In this document: in pieces, positions 51,623 through 64,000 of the stretch
Layout: each line of letters opens with the position of its first letter
How positions within the stretch are numbered: position 1 is the first letter of the stretch
Assembly: GCA_023213395.1 (NCBI GenBank)
Contig: CM041465.1
Location: 67,339,741-67,403,740, forward strand
Reading direction: 5' to 3'
Source: Cycas panzhihuaensis
Taxonomy: Eukaryota; Plantae; Cycadophyta
DNA: 64,000 nucleotides
The notes under the pieces: model-generated
The model's database searches: none
Told to the model about the DNA's origin: nothing
What the model saw: only the letters and a program-made list of their open reading frames with translations
Program-made: the position numbers and the translations under genes

Positions 51623-53378
51623 TGATGAAGGTAATGTTATATAAAATGAAGGATAAATAAATCTAGATCTACGAGTAAATTTAAGATTTGATAGGTATAA
51701 GGGAAATAAGTGGGGAATAAGGGCTATCAATTCCTTATGGGAAAAGGGTTTTGGTAGTGACATGTGAAGATGATTTATAGAGTAATGTAAAGGCTTAAAG
51801 GGAAAACATATATGATAGTGAGAAGGTTGGTGGTAGTAAGAGTGGGGATGTAGATGAGAAAAAGATAATACTTTATTGAGATGGTGTATAATACTAGCAT
51901 TAAAGGTTGAAACTTCTTAAGAGAGGTTTAGAGGAGAAGGAATATAGAGGTAGCAATAAAGATATCTCTTAGGAAATTGGTTATGAAAGAGTATCTCATG
52001 TAGAATAAGAATTTTATATATTAGGAATAAGGAACCTAGAGCTTCAAGCTTTAAGTTAGTTATACGATTCTATTGTGTAAGGGATGAGATATTCTATGAG
52101 GCTATAGAATTTAAAAAGTTGAGATGAATAAGGAGACTTCCAAAATAAATAGGTAAATGTAAGATAACATCAACATTTAAAATAAGAACCCATTTTGAGT
52201 CATCTCACATCTTAGATTTTTTGTCAAGTTATTCATCAATCTAATTTTCTCACTCGACTCATGTGTTATTTATTATGTCATCATCTTGTTCATTGGTACG
52301 CTCTTCTCTAAGTTATTTTTTAATCAGATCGATCAGTTCTTCATGTGTATCATGTAACCACTTATTTTATGACTCAACCATAGGCTCCTTGTTATATTAT
52401 TCCTTGATCTAATTAGCTAGCTTTTCTTCATTCTTTTTTTTTACCTTCTCCTTGTAAGTTCTCAATCTTGCTTAAATCCTGCTTAATACCTCCTCATTAT
52501 CTTCTTTCTAACATTTATTCTTAAAGTTGCTAAAGTCCTCTATAGTGTAGTCCATTGGTAGTCATTTAACTACCTTATAATCCTTTTATTAAATTTGATA
52601 AGAAAATCCCTTAAGAATTATTCCTAGTTAAAGTAATTTCTTAAGAGTTTACTTATGACCCACCCTAAAGGTTTATCACTAAAATATAGATAAATAATTT
52701 AGATGAAATGCTCATTTTTTATGTGAGGTGAAAGTTTAAGACTATTCCTATCTTACTCAGCCATGCTATGGCTCGCATTCCCCTACCTCCAGTGAAAATA
52801 GGTACGTTTGGATCTATCATTATACATTAACTTTAAATAATAGTTATTATATCAAATCAGGTTGAAAATACATTAAATAATATCTCAAAACAATAGCCTT
52901 TGAAATAAATTTTAACAGTTAGACAAAATAAAATTCTAGCACTTGTAATAAAATTATGGCCCTTTAAGGGTATGTCATAATTAGGGTATTTTGAGACTAT
53001 AATAGTACTTGTTACTAAAATATTGATAACACTTTACTCTATACCTAGTAGATCTTAAATGATTTTCAACACAAAATAGATTTTGAGACACACAAAAATA
53101 AAATATATTTGAAGTCAATCAAATACCTATAACTAAAGTTATGATCATTTAAAGTTGTAATAACAAATTTTAAACCCTAAAATGATAATAGATAATAAGA
53201 CAAAATTAAATTCTCCATAATTTTTTTATTTTCCTATAAACCTTGTACTATAAGAACTCAAAAATTATAAAACATGATTATTTAGATTAAATTCATGATT
53301 ATTCTTTTAAAATTCTTTTATTCATACTCTAAAAAATGCATATCTTTGGTAGGCTAAAAGTGAATTTCTAATACCACC

Positions 53379-53677
53379 TCAAGTGATCCTAAACTATGTC
53401 TACTTATTTAAATACCAAAGAAAATTGAAATGAAAGTATAATAGGCAAAATTTTCTTAGGAACCAAATGTCAAAATAAATTATGATTAACTCAAAAAAAT
53501 AAAACTTATAAAATAACAAACTTATTAAAAAACTAATTTCAATAATAATATGAACACTAAAATACCAACTTCATAAAAAATAATTAAAAATTAAAAAATA
53601 AAAACTCCCTAATAATAATAATAAAATTGACTTATAATAAAACACCAACTTCTTCTAAATATGTTAGGATTAATATA
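53379..53677 (-). repeat. Element A 5' LTR
   Basis: TCAAGTGATCCT...GGATTAATATA, next to the decayed PBS. Confidence 0.75.
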
Positions 53678-54639
53678 TTTTAAAGTGTAAAGTAGGGTGG
53701 AGGTGATTTAAAGCAAAACATTCTATGAGAAATAAATGGGAGGTGATGTCATAGGGCTTACACATCACCACATAAGAATTTGAATTTAAATTTCTCAAAT
53801 AGGACCTACAAACAAATCCATCAACAATTTAAAAGTGAATTGAGGCTTAAACTTAAATTGATGTTATAACTTATCTCAGCATCTCAGTAGAAAGTAGAGC
53901 ATGAAGTCAAATTTTAAAAGACATAGTTCAATGCCCGAGAAGGGATTACAATGGGTGAATTTGGTAAATCCACATTTATTAATTTCCACAATTAGGTCAT
54001 AAGAGCTTCAAAACACCAATGCAAATGCCATAGAGCATAAAATACATCATAGAAAACATTCAATATCATGGATGTAGAGAATTGAGTGTTAAGGGAATAG
54101 ATGTTCACAAGCAATAGTGGATATAAACGAAAGGTAGTTGTTAGATGTTTAGGCATTGATGTCATAAAGTAAAGTAAGAAAATTGAAGATTAGATTCTAA
54201 TAAAAAATTTGAAGTTCAGTTTGAAGTTATAAAGTCATTGTAGGTCACCAAATTTAAATAAGCATAGTAGCGAGGTAAGTGGGAAAGATTTTTTTTTTTT
54301 TATTATTTATCCTAAAATATGTGTTTAACTAAATCATATTATATATTTTTTTGAGTTCTAGTGTTTTAGCCCCCAAGTGTTTAGCCATGGTTGTATGGAG
54401 AAAGAGCGCTAACTTTATTTTTGGTACTATGCACTGCCATTTTAAAATTTTTAAGATAGTCACATTTGTAATAGAATTTCCCATCCTTTTGGGGTGATCA
54501 CAGGGAGAATTTCCAGCACCTTGCATGGTGATTGATGACTTACTCCTTATTTTCGCACTTTATATATTACTACAAATAAACAATATAAATTATTAATTTA
54601 TGAAAGAAGTTTTTATTTTCTTTTTTTAATTTATCATGT

Positions 54640-55850
54640 GGATTGAGTAAAAGTTTTTTGATGATGAATGGTCTATAATAATATGTTGAAGTGAAAGTTG
54701 TCAAGGATAACACTAATGCTATTACTTGGGCTAAATATGATGCCCTAAATAGAGTGACAATGGGCTTACTAATCTCTCAATAGGCAACTTGATGAAAAAT
54801 GTTTAAAATGTCATAATATCTAAAGACGTCTAGGATATATTAATTTTTATGTTTGAAACTAAGAATGATGTAAGGGTCATGATGTTGAGAAATCAATTAT
54901 ATAGTTTCAGTTGATTGCATCTATGATTCAACATACTAAATATGAAAAGGGTATTACAAATTAATTGAGTACTATTAAATACAATGACATTGATAGGGAG
55001 TTGATTAACTTTGAGGAATTTTCATAAAATATATAAAAGCTTTGTCATAAGTTTTATAATAATAGACAAATTTAGCACTACAACCTTTAATGATTTGGAA
55101 GGTCATAAACTACGGAAAATCTATACATTATATAAAAGACTATAAGAAGACACAATCTTATTAGTAGAATTGAAAGAATTATAATGATTAGCATATTTAG
55201 AGAAGGAGAAATCAACAATTAAGTCATTTCTCTAATTATTTTTCAAGTGAAAGAAGTAAGAAACTCTTCATTATAGGAAATCAAATTAGCGATTTTGATA
55301 ACGTATAGTACATTAACTCAAATATTCATATATGCACGATAGGTAAATTGGAATGGTTTAGACACATGGGAGGTGACTGGTCAAACAATGACAGTTAATG
55401 ATGATATAATGTTAAAAGATAAACTTATTAGAGAGGTTCTCATCATTACACCTAGCAATGAGAATTACTACATTGAAGATGTAAAATATGTACTAGCTCT
55501 AATGAAGAACTTGATATTTATTAGTGAGATTAAAGGTCATAACATGAGTGTTCCTTTTGAGTGTGTTAAATGTACCATCCTAGATTGTAAAAGGAAAATT
55601 ATAGTCATAGGTGTCAAGGACGATGAAAATGATAAATATACAAATCAAAGAATCCTTAGTATAAATATAACATTAAAAAATCAATTGTGACATGAAAGGA
55701 TGGAATATTTACAGTTAATGTTTAAATTAAATATGATTTCCCTATACTTTCAATTAAAAGTGGTTTGTATGAACCTTGCATAATGGGAATGCTAGAAAAT
55801 ACACAAAGACCAAAGATCAAGTAATAAATTAAGATTAAGATCAATAAATT
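54640..55850 (+). pseudogene. Highly decayed Copia gag-protease-GAG-pre-integrase remnant (possibly element Z)
   Basis: VRVMMLRNQLYSF (gag), IEDVKYVLALMKNLIFISEI..KCTILD (post-protease region). Confidence 0.7.
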
Positions 55851-58699
55851 TAAAATAGCAAGTCACAAATATGATCTGTAAAATATGGATATAACATCAA
55901 ATATAAAATACATAAAAATAAAATATATATCATAATATAAGATAATAACTTTAGGAATAATGGTCATTTTCGTTATTGGTTATAGATGTATTTCACCTTA
56001 TAGATATCAAATAATATTATAGAACCTCTAACATAAGCTATGGTGAATACATGAATATATGAGCTCAAAAACTACACATTTTAATAATGCTCACTAATTA
56101 ACGTCTATACAAGTGTGCACCTCTTTATGTTCATTATGTATAATATTTGATGGAGGACTAATATAATAATGAACAATATACCATCAATTATTCTCTAATG
56201 CTCTGCAATAATGTTTAATCTTATATTTCTTATCTTGTCACATTGTTAGGTAGTTGTCTTCCTTACTAAACAACTTTATATGTGCTTTATTATTTACTTA
56301 CCCCTCTTCTCTAACACATGAGAAGTAATTTTTTATCACCTTACTTAGACTCATGAATAATATAAAACTTCAATTTTAATGAAAAGATAAAGTACCATAC
56401 TTAATTACGATAAAGGTTGTTTGAATAACCTTTATAGGTTAGATCTACAAAATGAATTACAAAACCTTAAATTAATATAGCCAAAGGTGAGAAATTTATA
56501 TAGGCGAATGAGGACATGATAGGAACCCATATAAAAGTAAGCAAGCATATAACTTCAAGCTTGTTAGACTTCATGAAGTAATTATTTGAGCTAAAGAAAG
56601 GGATAGCCAAACTTAAGAAAGTTATAAGAGCCTAACTTATTTAGTACCTTCAAATAATAGGTGTCTGCATTGGGTGCTTAAGGTAACTAAGCAAATCCAT
56701 TCATTCACCAATAATAATATATACAAAGCATAAGTATGGATTAGGTTAAGAGAGAGGCTAAAAAGGCTCAAGAGTTGGGGGGTATGGTGAAACTTATATA
56801 TGTTCACTTGAATTCCTTAACAAATGAGCACAATATATACTCCTTACAAGCTAAGATAATGAAATCCATGCAGAAGTGTGTCTTTATTTAAAAGGCTAAG
56901 CCCAATGAATGGGCCTCACAAATGTAAGAAAAAGATTCTCAACACACGAGCCTCTATGGTTTGATTAAAAATGAAAAAAACAAGCTCACCCAAGTTAAGG
57001 AGGAGGTATACAAGATAGAAAATAACATACAACTAGTGGATTAACAACTAATCTTATGTTTAAAACAAGAATTGATGTCTAGGATGAGAGGACTATTTGC
57101 AAGATGGAAAACTCAAAGCTAGCTTAGAGAAGCCAAGGAGTGCACATAAGGTAATTAAATGATCATATTCTAAGGACTAGCCATTTAAGAGGGTATATTA
57201 GCTTATCAAGGGAGAAGTAAACTCAAAGTTAAAATGCTATTATTATTATACCAACTACAAATAGGTAGGAGGTATTTCAAAAAATAGATAGAAAATTTTA
57301 TGATAAGCATTACAATAATACCCATTACTCACTATAAAGAAAATAATTCAACTTCTATTGGCTTGACTAGTATACTTTTTGTCCTCTAACTTCTACCTTC
57401 CTTCCTACTGCATTCATCCTTTTTTTGAAGTCTAATGGTTTGTTGTCCCTCTTTGGTCTATGCTCTATAGAGATAAATCCACATGGTAATCTTGGGTAAT
57501 GGAAAGAAGCCCAATAATAATGGAAGTAATATATGAGCCAAAGCTATTACATGTTGATATTTATTAGTCCCTAAACAAATATTAGATTTTAGTTTGTTAA
57601 TATTAGTTATTAGCTTTACTCCTATTTTGTATCATAAACTTGTTGCCCTTGGGTATCTAACTGTAATGTAAATTGATTTAGGGTATTTGGTGTATTTCTA
57701 AAATATTTTGATATTTAATATATATATATATATTCAATCATAAACTTCCATTATTAAGAGTATTCTATTAACAAGATAGTGGATAGATATATCATAATTT
57801 TATAATCTAAATATATGAGAGAAATATACATTTTTCGTCTCTTTTCTTCTCTGAAAGCCATTGATGCAATTGTTTTTCTTTCACTAGTTTAACAATTTAG
57901 TCTATTTGGTTATTAGATTAAGAGAATAATTATGTACGAGCATTAATGATTGGTTTTATTTAGTTTATAACTAAGATTTGATATCTTAAATCATATATTA
58001 GATTATTTATCTCTATTGGTTTAACATCATATCTTAGGTTCTTTTCCTACTATTTTTGCATATCTTTTCTTCTTTTGAATATTAGATCATTAGATTAGTC
58101 AATTTAGTAAGGTTCTTCTACTTGGATAACACTTTGGCAGCCCTCCACTTTTCCAACTATCTTTCCTTTGAATATCTAGTTATTGGATTAGGTGATTTAG
58201 TAGGGTTGCTCCATCCAAACACTAATTTGGTATTTTTTATTTTCTCAAGGCTTAGGTTAGTGACTTGAATGACTTAACAAGTCTAGTCTACTTAAACACT
58301 AACTTAATAATTTATTAAAATCACCCTCACTAGTCCTCCCCCATTAACCATTTTAGTAGATTAAGTGATATAGTAGGGATGGTCTACTTAAACCTTTCTT
58401 CTATTTATCAAGCTTTCATAATAGTGGCTTGAGTGATTTAGTAAGACTAATGTGCTTAAACTTCTACCTAACACTCTATTAGAACCATCTTCACTAGCTT
58501 CCTTCCCTTTCCTCATTTAAAGCTATGTAGATTTTGGTAGTATATTTATAACAACACCAAGCACACCCTCTTTATAGTAACAATGACCACTTCTATAAAA
58601 TGGGATCATATCTATTGGAGTAAAGGGTCTTTAAACACCTTATTATTGATCATAGTCTTTGAGATAGTCTCAAACATTTACAGACCATTTCACCATCAT

Positions 58700-58910
58700 T
58701 AAAATATTTTTAATGGCACATAGATAAAGAGTTGTAACAAATCTTTTACAAGACTTGGGAGATTTTGAACTTATAATGCATCAAGTAAGAAAGTTTTGTG
58801 AAATAATGAGTGAAAAGTTAAAGTATTATTATCAAATAGTTTGTGATTTCATTAATAATTTCTATGCTTTTTATATTTATCATATTCTTAAAGAAGAGAA
58901 TATAATTATT
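58700..58910 (+). pseudogene. Archaeal-type RNase H (aRH) remnant of a Tat-type Gypsy
   Basis: GDFELIMHQVRKFCEIMSEKLKYY..VCDFINNFYAFYIYHILKEEN resembles GDSELIVNQV...HIPREEN. Confidence 0.65.
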
Positions 58911-59899
58911 ATATTCAAATCATGCTTATATTACTTGAGATACCATATGCTAATAAATTGAAAAACTTAATGCTCTTTCATATAAAGTCCAATTATCGCA
59001 TTATTTTCAACATGATTCATAATAAAAAAATTCACTAAATAATTTAAGAGATTCTAACTCAAAACAAATATCTTAAATGAAGAAATAGTACAATTCTACC
59101 AAGCCAATTTGTAACCTAACATTAGTGTTATAGTCAAAATGTTTCAAACTACTACGCTGGAGAAAATTATTAGTTTTGTAAGATAATTTGAGGTCAAGTA
59201 ACAAGCACAAACCTTTCGATACATCTCTCTTGAGAAAGAACTTGGTTTTAGAAATTAGCATTTGCTTACATATCACACTCTAAAACTTAAAAAGGTAATT
59301 CAAAATGAAAACTACTAGTATTAGAACAAAAAATGGTTTACAACACATCTTACGATATGTTCACACTAAAACCAACTTTATATAGTAGAAACCTATAACA
59401 TTAAAATTAATATAATTGATGATTAACCACATCTTGTAGAGATAGTATCCCTCGATAATAATTAACCTGACATCTCTTTAGTAGCTATATTAAGCATCCC
59501 ACAATCTAATACCATCAAATTATAAGGACTCATATGGAAGAAAAAGGTAGTCATTATTTTTTACTCCATAATCACTTATAAGTTTATAAAGACCAAGGCC
59601 ACAAATTGATCAAACTTTTTTGTTGATAGATCAAAGATTTTTCAAATAGCCATGTCAAATAACAAAGAGATAAATTGTGATAAGTAGCTTACTAGCTAAT
59701 AATTTCAAATCGTTACCCTATTGTTACCTACAAAAATTTATGCTTGCATTTTTTATGATATTTTGATATTTAATGCATCATGAAAAATGTGTTTTAGATA
59801 TGCAAACACAATCCTACAAGGTCTAGATGCAAATAAATATTATGGAAAGACCTTAACATATGCATTCAGCTAATATGAAGTTATATACTTAGATTGCAT

Positions 59900-60490
59900 C
59901 CTATCAAGTTAATTAGAACAACATCAAAACAATGATAAAAGAATGCACCACTCTAAAATAAATACTTCCAAACATAAAGGATTCTTGGAATTCATGCGTA
60001 ATTGATCATTGCAAATAATGCACAAAAAATTACACTAAAAAGGTAATAACAAAGAAGAAGAATCATAAAGGAATTTCTTCGAGTGGATCCAAAGTTAAGA
60101 AAAAAAATTTCAAAGAGTCAAACAATTGATAATAACAACTCTAACATTAGAAGGCATAGATTTCACAAGGCCATTTGAACTTGAATGTCATGGCTTTAGC
60201 ATAGCATAGGAATAGAGGTAGTAATAATGCATGCATAAGAAAAGATTAAAGTGCTTTAAAATCCATATGTAAAGTAATAAAGAAAGACGGATCAATTTAT
60301 GAGAAATAAACACTTCCTTGTTATGTGTATGGCATTATAAAACGACAATAAGACTTTATGTAAAATAGATTCCGAACTTATTTCTCAAGCTACACTCAAT
60401 AACATAACATCACAAGAAAAGAAACGTGTCCACAAGATCTAAGCCTTTCATCCTATACAAGAAAGGAAAAGAAAACTCAATATAAAATAC
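59900..60490 (+). pseudogene. Decayed Gypsy (chromovirus-like) RT/RNase H fragment
   Basis: TLTLEGIDFTRPFELECHG..GIEVVIM, YEK, YKKGKENS. Confidence 0.7.
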
Positions 60491-61007
60491 TGGCAATGAA
60501 GACGAAGAAATCACCCTATTCGCATCAATCGCGACTCGCAACATCGTGTCAAAGAGGATGAGAAACTGAAATGCATCAATAACCATAAAAAATTGGAAAT
60601 AAACATCTTCGCACTTCGTTGTCGAATTGCGAAAATAGCAGACAAATTACGCCTTTTGTGCCCCTTCATTATGTCAAAGCAAATCCAAATGAAAAATGAA
60701 ATGAAGTTTTTTAAAAAATATATGGGAACGTGACAAAACCAGCCATTAGAACTATCACAAATTCAATCGCTTGGTTCTTGTTCCCAAGACAAACATAACC
60801 AATAACGGTAGTAAACGTATTTCTGCTGTTTGACATAAGAAAACTACACTATCTTGCCAAATACGACGGATCCAATAACTTTGATGATGAATCGATTTAT
60901 AGAGTCATTGATAATAACCCTGACATAACGATGTGGGTAGCGTGTGGACAAGATAGGAGAAGAAGGTATGCTACAAGGATGAATCAACACCAATATCTTG
61001 TGAAGCC

Positions 61008-62021
61008 TTATCGGAGAATGTACCTTTTGAACATCTGAGGTGGCATGCGCGAGATTTCCTGCCACGTTGCCTCGCAGTCCCTGAACCCAAGCGCCCACAC
61101 TGTCAGACCTTCCGCACACGGGTTGGGGTTATCGTGCAATGCCAGACCTACCACGAGAAGCTTGCCTGCGCTTTCGGCAATCATCGGAAATTTCACTTGC
61201 GGTAATTTGACGTTCATGCTATCAAGGCAGCCTCTCACCCTTACCTTAATGCTCCGCGTGCTCAAGTAGACTTCGGAAGGGTCCCACAACCGCTTCTGTA
61301 TATCGAAAAAATGCATTCCATCAAAATATCGATAATCGAAACAGAGATACAATATGCCGTTACAAACTGTGGATTTGGTCAAATACTGCCACTGCCGGGG
61401 ATTTGTTGGAACGTCGAAGAGAGCCCATTCATCTGTAGAGGAATCTTATATTGCCATGGCTCTGGAGTTCCACAATGTTCCCTTGTATCCGCTGCCGATT
61501 ACAATGACTTTGTATTGTGTTTTCATACAACTCGATCTATCAGTGACAATGTTCATCAGGGGAACGACTTTTGTCCTGACCTTGATGGGTGGAAGTACTT
61601 TCCATTTCTTGAGAACGGGATTGCACACGAAATAATGAAATTCTCCATAAGACTGTTGTACGATGCCACAAACCAACGCACCTGCAGAATTCTTTATGCA
61701 TACTTTATGAATGGGCAAACAATTAGAGAGGGATATCAGACGAGTATACCACTTATTGGAAGTGAAATCGTATATCCACAATCCATGATTCCCTTTCTCA
61801 AGAAATGTAAACAATGTTGGATTTCTGGAATAGTTACATACACTCTGTAAACGCCTCCTGCAGAGAAACTTATTTGATAAAATAATTTCATTCCATTTCT
61901 TACACACTACTTGAAATGTAACCAACGACCTAAGAGGTAGAAGGCTCAGCATTATTTCCACCAAATCTTCGGGAACAGCACTCCATATCGCCGCATCCAT
62001 CGGGACAACCGCAACATCCAT
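61008..62021 (-). pseudogene. Intronless F-box protein with kelch/FBA-like beta-propeller (At5g15710/FBX-like family), in-frame stop at codon 192
   Basis: F-box IWSAVPEDLVEIMLSLLPLRSLVTFQVVCKKWN; SAGALVC, YFVCNPVLKKWKVLPP, YKVIVIG, AI*DSSTDEW, VCNGILYL, ESAGKLLVV, WQEISRMP. ORFs 61446..62021 and 61008..61382 are in the same frame, separated by one TAA. Confidence 0.88.
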
Positions 62022-62100
62022 ATCGTCAATGCCCTGCTACACAATTTTGAACCGCACCTGCAATAGTCGGATGTGGCATTTGGCAATAAACGCAACTTAT

Positions 62101-62114
62101 TTTATTATAAATAG
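62101..62114 (-). promoter_or_regulatory. Candidate TATA box of the F-box gene
   Basis: CTATTTATAATAAA on the minus strand, ~85 bp upstream of the ATG at 62021. Confidence 0.4.
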
Positions 62115-62239
62115 GTGTGGATTATCAACATTTCACTATATATTAAATTATTACCGACTTATTCTCGTACCATCGTACTGTATCATCGCAGGCTACTTAC
62201 GTTTTGGCGAGGGTTAGTAAAGTTTATGACATTAAGGAA

Positions 62240-64000
62240 ATCACCAACGGTCAAGTGTTTTCCATGAAAAATCATGGAAAATCCCACCCATTTCTTGGCC
62301 AAAGAAAGCTCCAACTAAATAATCCAATTTCAACAAACAAACATGGTCCAAAATAAATTTGATTATCAAATATTCTTTCAGGAAGAAAAGAACATCGTAC
62401 CACATACACTCTATAGAGATTTTATCAATCAATTTAAATGCATTCCAAACCACCACATAGCCTTCACAAAAGTGAACTTGGCCAAGCCCCTTAGCAAGGA
62501 GATTACCCTTTGTATTGGAGAGAAACTATTAGTCCATAAGTTCTATTATCTTAACGTCTTAAATCCTCATTTAAAGTTATGAAAACATTAAAACATTTTG
62601 GTAAATTTTGCCCTTTACTTATCTCAAAGCCTTGTTTACAATCTCCATATGTTATAACTTTGAATAATGACAAGGGAAAAGTCTCATGCTTCCACTCATA
62701 TTTTCCACCTCTTCAACTAGCCAATGCCTTCTCTAATATCATTAAAGACACTCAATTGCCTCTTAGAGCCTTGACCGAGGTTGGATGATCTTGTCTTAGT
62801 CGAGAAAATATAATTGTATTCACATTAGTCAATGTCCAACTTGTCCAAGAATCTTATCCCCTAGGAAGACTAAATTAGTCATGCAAAATGGTTGCTCTAA
62901 CAAAGAAGTATGTAAAGTATGAACTACTTTGCTACACTAAATTACATTGAAATTATTATTTTAATGGAGAAAGATCTATTGAATGTTAACCTAAAAGACA
63001 TCCTCCCATAGTAATATGCATGGATATTCATTATCTACGATGCATAATTTCATCGATAATTATTTCATTGTTGAAGTTGGTATACTCAATCTTCTAGATC
63101 TTTAAGAGTGTAAAGTTTACGTCATAAAATTGATATATCACTTGGTGAATCTAACGATCAAACGATTTCATATCTTTATACTATAACCCTAATATGAGTG
63201 GCACTATGCATTTCTTTACATCCTGGTTAAAGATCTCCCCCTTTGTTTTCATTCAAATCCTACATTTCATAAAGCCTAGCTTGTTCTCTATATGCAAATT
63301 TTTTTATTGGTAGTCTAAGCATTTTTGCCTCCATTAAGTTCTTTGTGAGGACCACCATGTACAGATGGCTTCAAACTATTCCATCCTTTGGCTAATCAAT
63401 TGATTTTAACACGACAAATTTTTTGTATGATATAGAAGGAGGACTAGCCTTTAATTACATTAAGCTTGAATTCTTAGTCTATTCAAGATTTAAAGAATAT
63501 TTCAATCTCTTTGAACCTTACATGTTTTTATCCAATGTGTTGAGACTAACTTATAGCTCCTACGATGACTCTATTACTACTAACCCTTAAGGTAATATAA
63601 TGCCAATCATAACATTTCCCTATGTTTGTCTCTTTTACTATAGGATTTAGGTAAAAGTCATTCTAAAAGCTCTTTTATCAAGTTTAATAATTTCCTTTGA
63701 CATACTTTGGTTACTACAATGGTTTTACACAACTTTGAAACCTTGTCCCTAGACCTATTGGTCAAACATAATGGGTTTATACTAGGAGTTAGCCATTCCT
63801 AAGTCCATATCTTAGTGAAGAGGGCTTAATAAGTAGATGGCCAAGATTCATCAAGGAAGAGAGCTCAAAGTTATGAAAGATACATTATATACAAGTCCTA
63901 GGTCTATTAACATAGAGAAAGATAGGCTACGTGAAGTAAGTATGAAGGTAATTAGACCATAAGCAATGCCTACTCTAATGGGCAATTATTAGGGACTTGT
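62240..64000 (-). mobile_element. Heavily decayed retroelement-like sequence
   Basis: Abrupt return to CpG-depleted composition with weak pol/gag-like translations; no diagnostic motif. Confidence 0.3.

Noticed and set aside
57580-57900. 3' LTR of element Z
   Set aside because: LTR-like composition, but no convincing alignment to 30433-30780 and no TSD.
61045-61850. Plus-strand ORFs (74, 93 and 179 aa)
   Set aside because: Antisense shadows of the minus-strand F-box gene.

Overview
AT-rich, CpG-depleted plant nuclear DNA; a large-genome seed plant such as a gymnosperm is my inference from the TE types, not proven. It consists almost entirely of decayed, nested LTR retrotransposons, and I see no intact protein-coding gene. 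(1) A minus-strand Ty3/Gypsy (Tat/Athila-type) element at ~2.9-16.25 kb is split at its RT active site by a full-length Tnt1/Tork-like Copia (4945-10046, TSD GATCT). (2) A second full-length Copia lies at 22415-27383 (TSD CAATC). (3) An isolated, degenerate terminal exon of an ABHD17-like alpha/beta hydrolase lies at ~29.4-29.8 kb. (4) A nest resolves by TSDs: element A (31089-53677, TTTTA) contains Copia B (32000-51622, TGATG), which contains non-autonomous C (33044-39182, GGATC), solo LTR D (40926-41378, AACAT) and non-autonomous E (41585-46470, ATAGG). (5) An intronless F-box/kelch-type gene with an in-frame stop lies at 61008-62021 (-). Element C is the most unusual object. It carries a CRISPR-looking array of seven tRNA-iMet primer-binding sites, each preceded by its own CA-ending LTR terminus, and four of them have been absorbed into both LTRs. 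C also has a CpG-rich repeat island, a captured coiled-coil gene fragment, and a Gag-N/RNaseH-tail mini-ORF shared with E. All coordinates and mismatch counts were read by eye; no alignments or searches were run.
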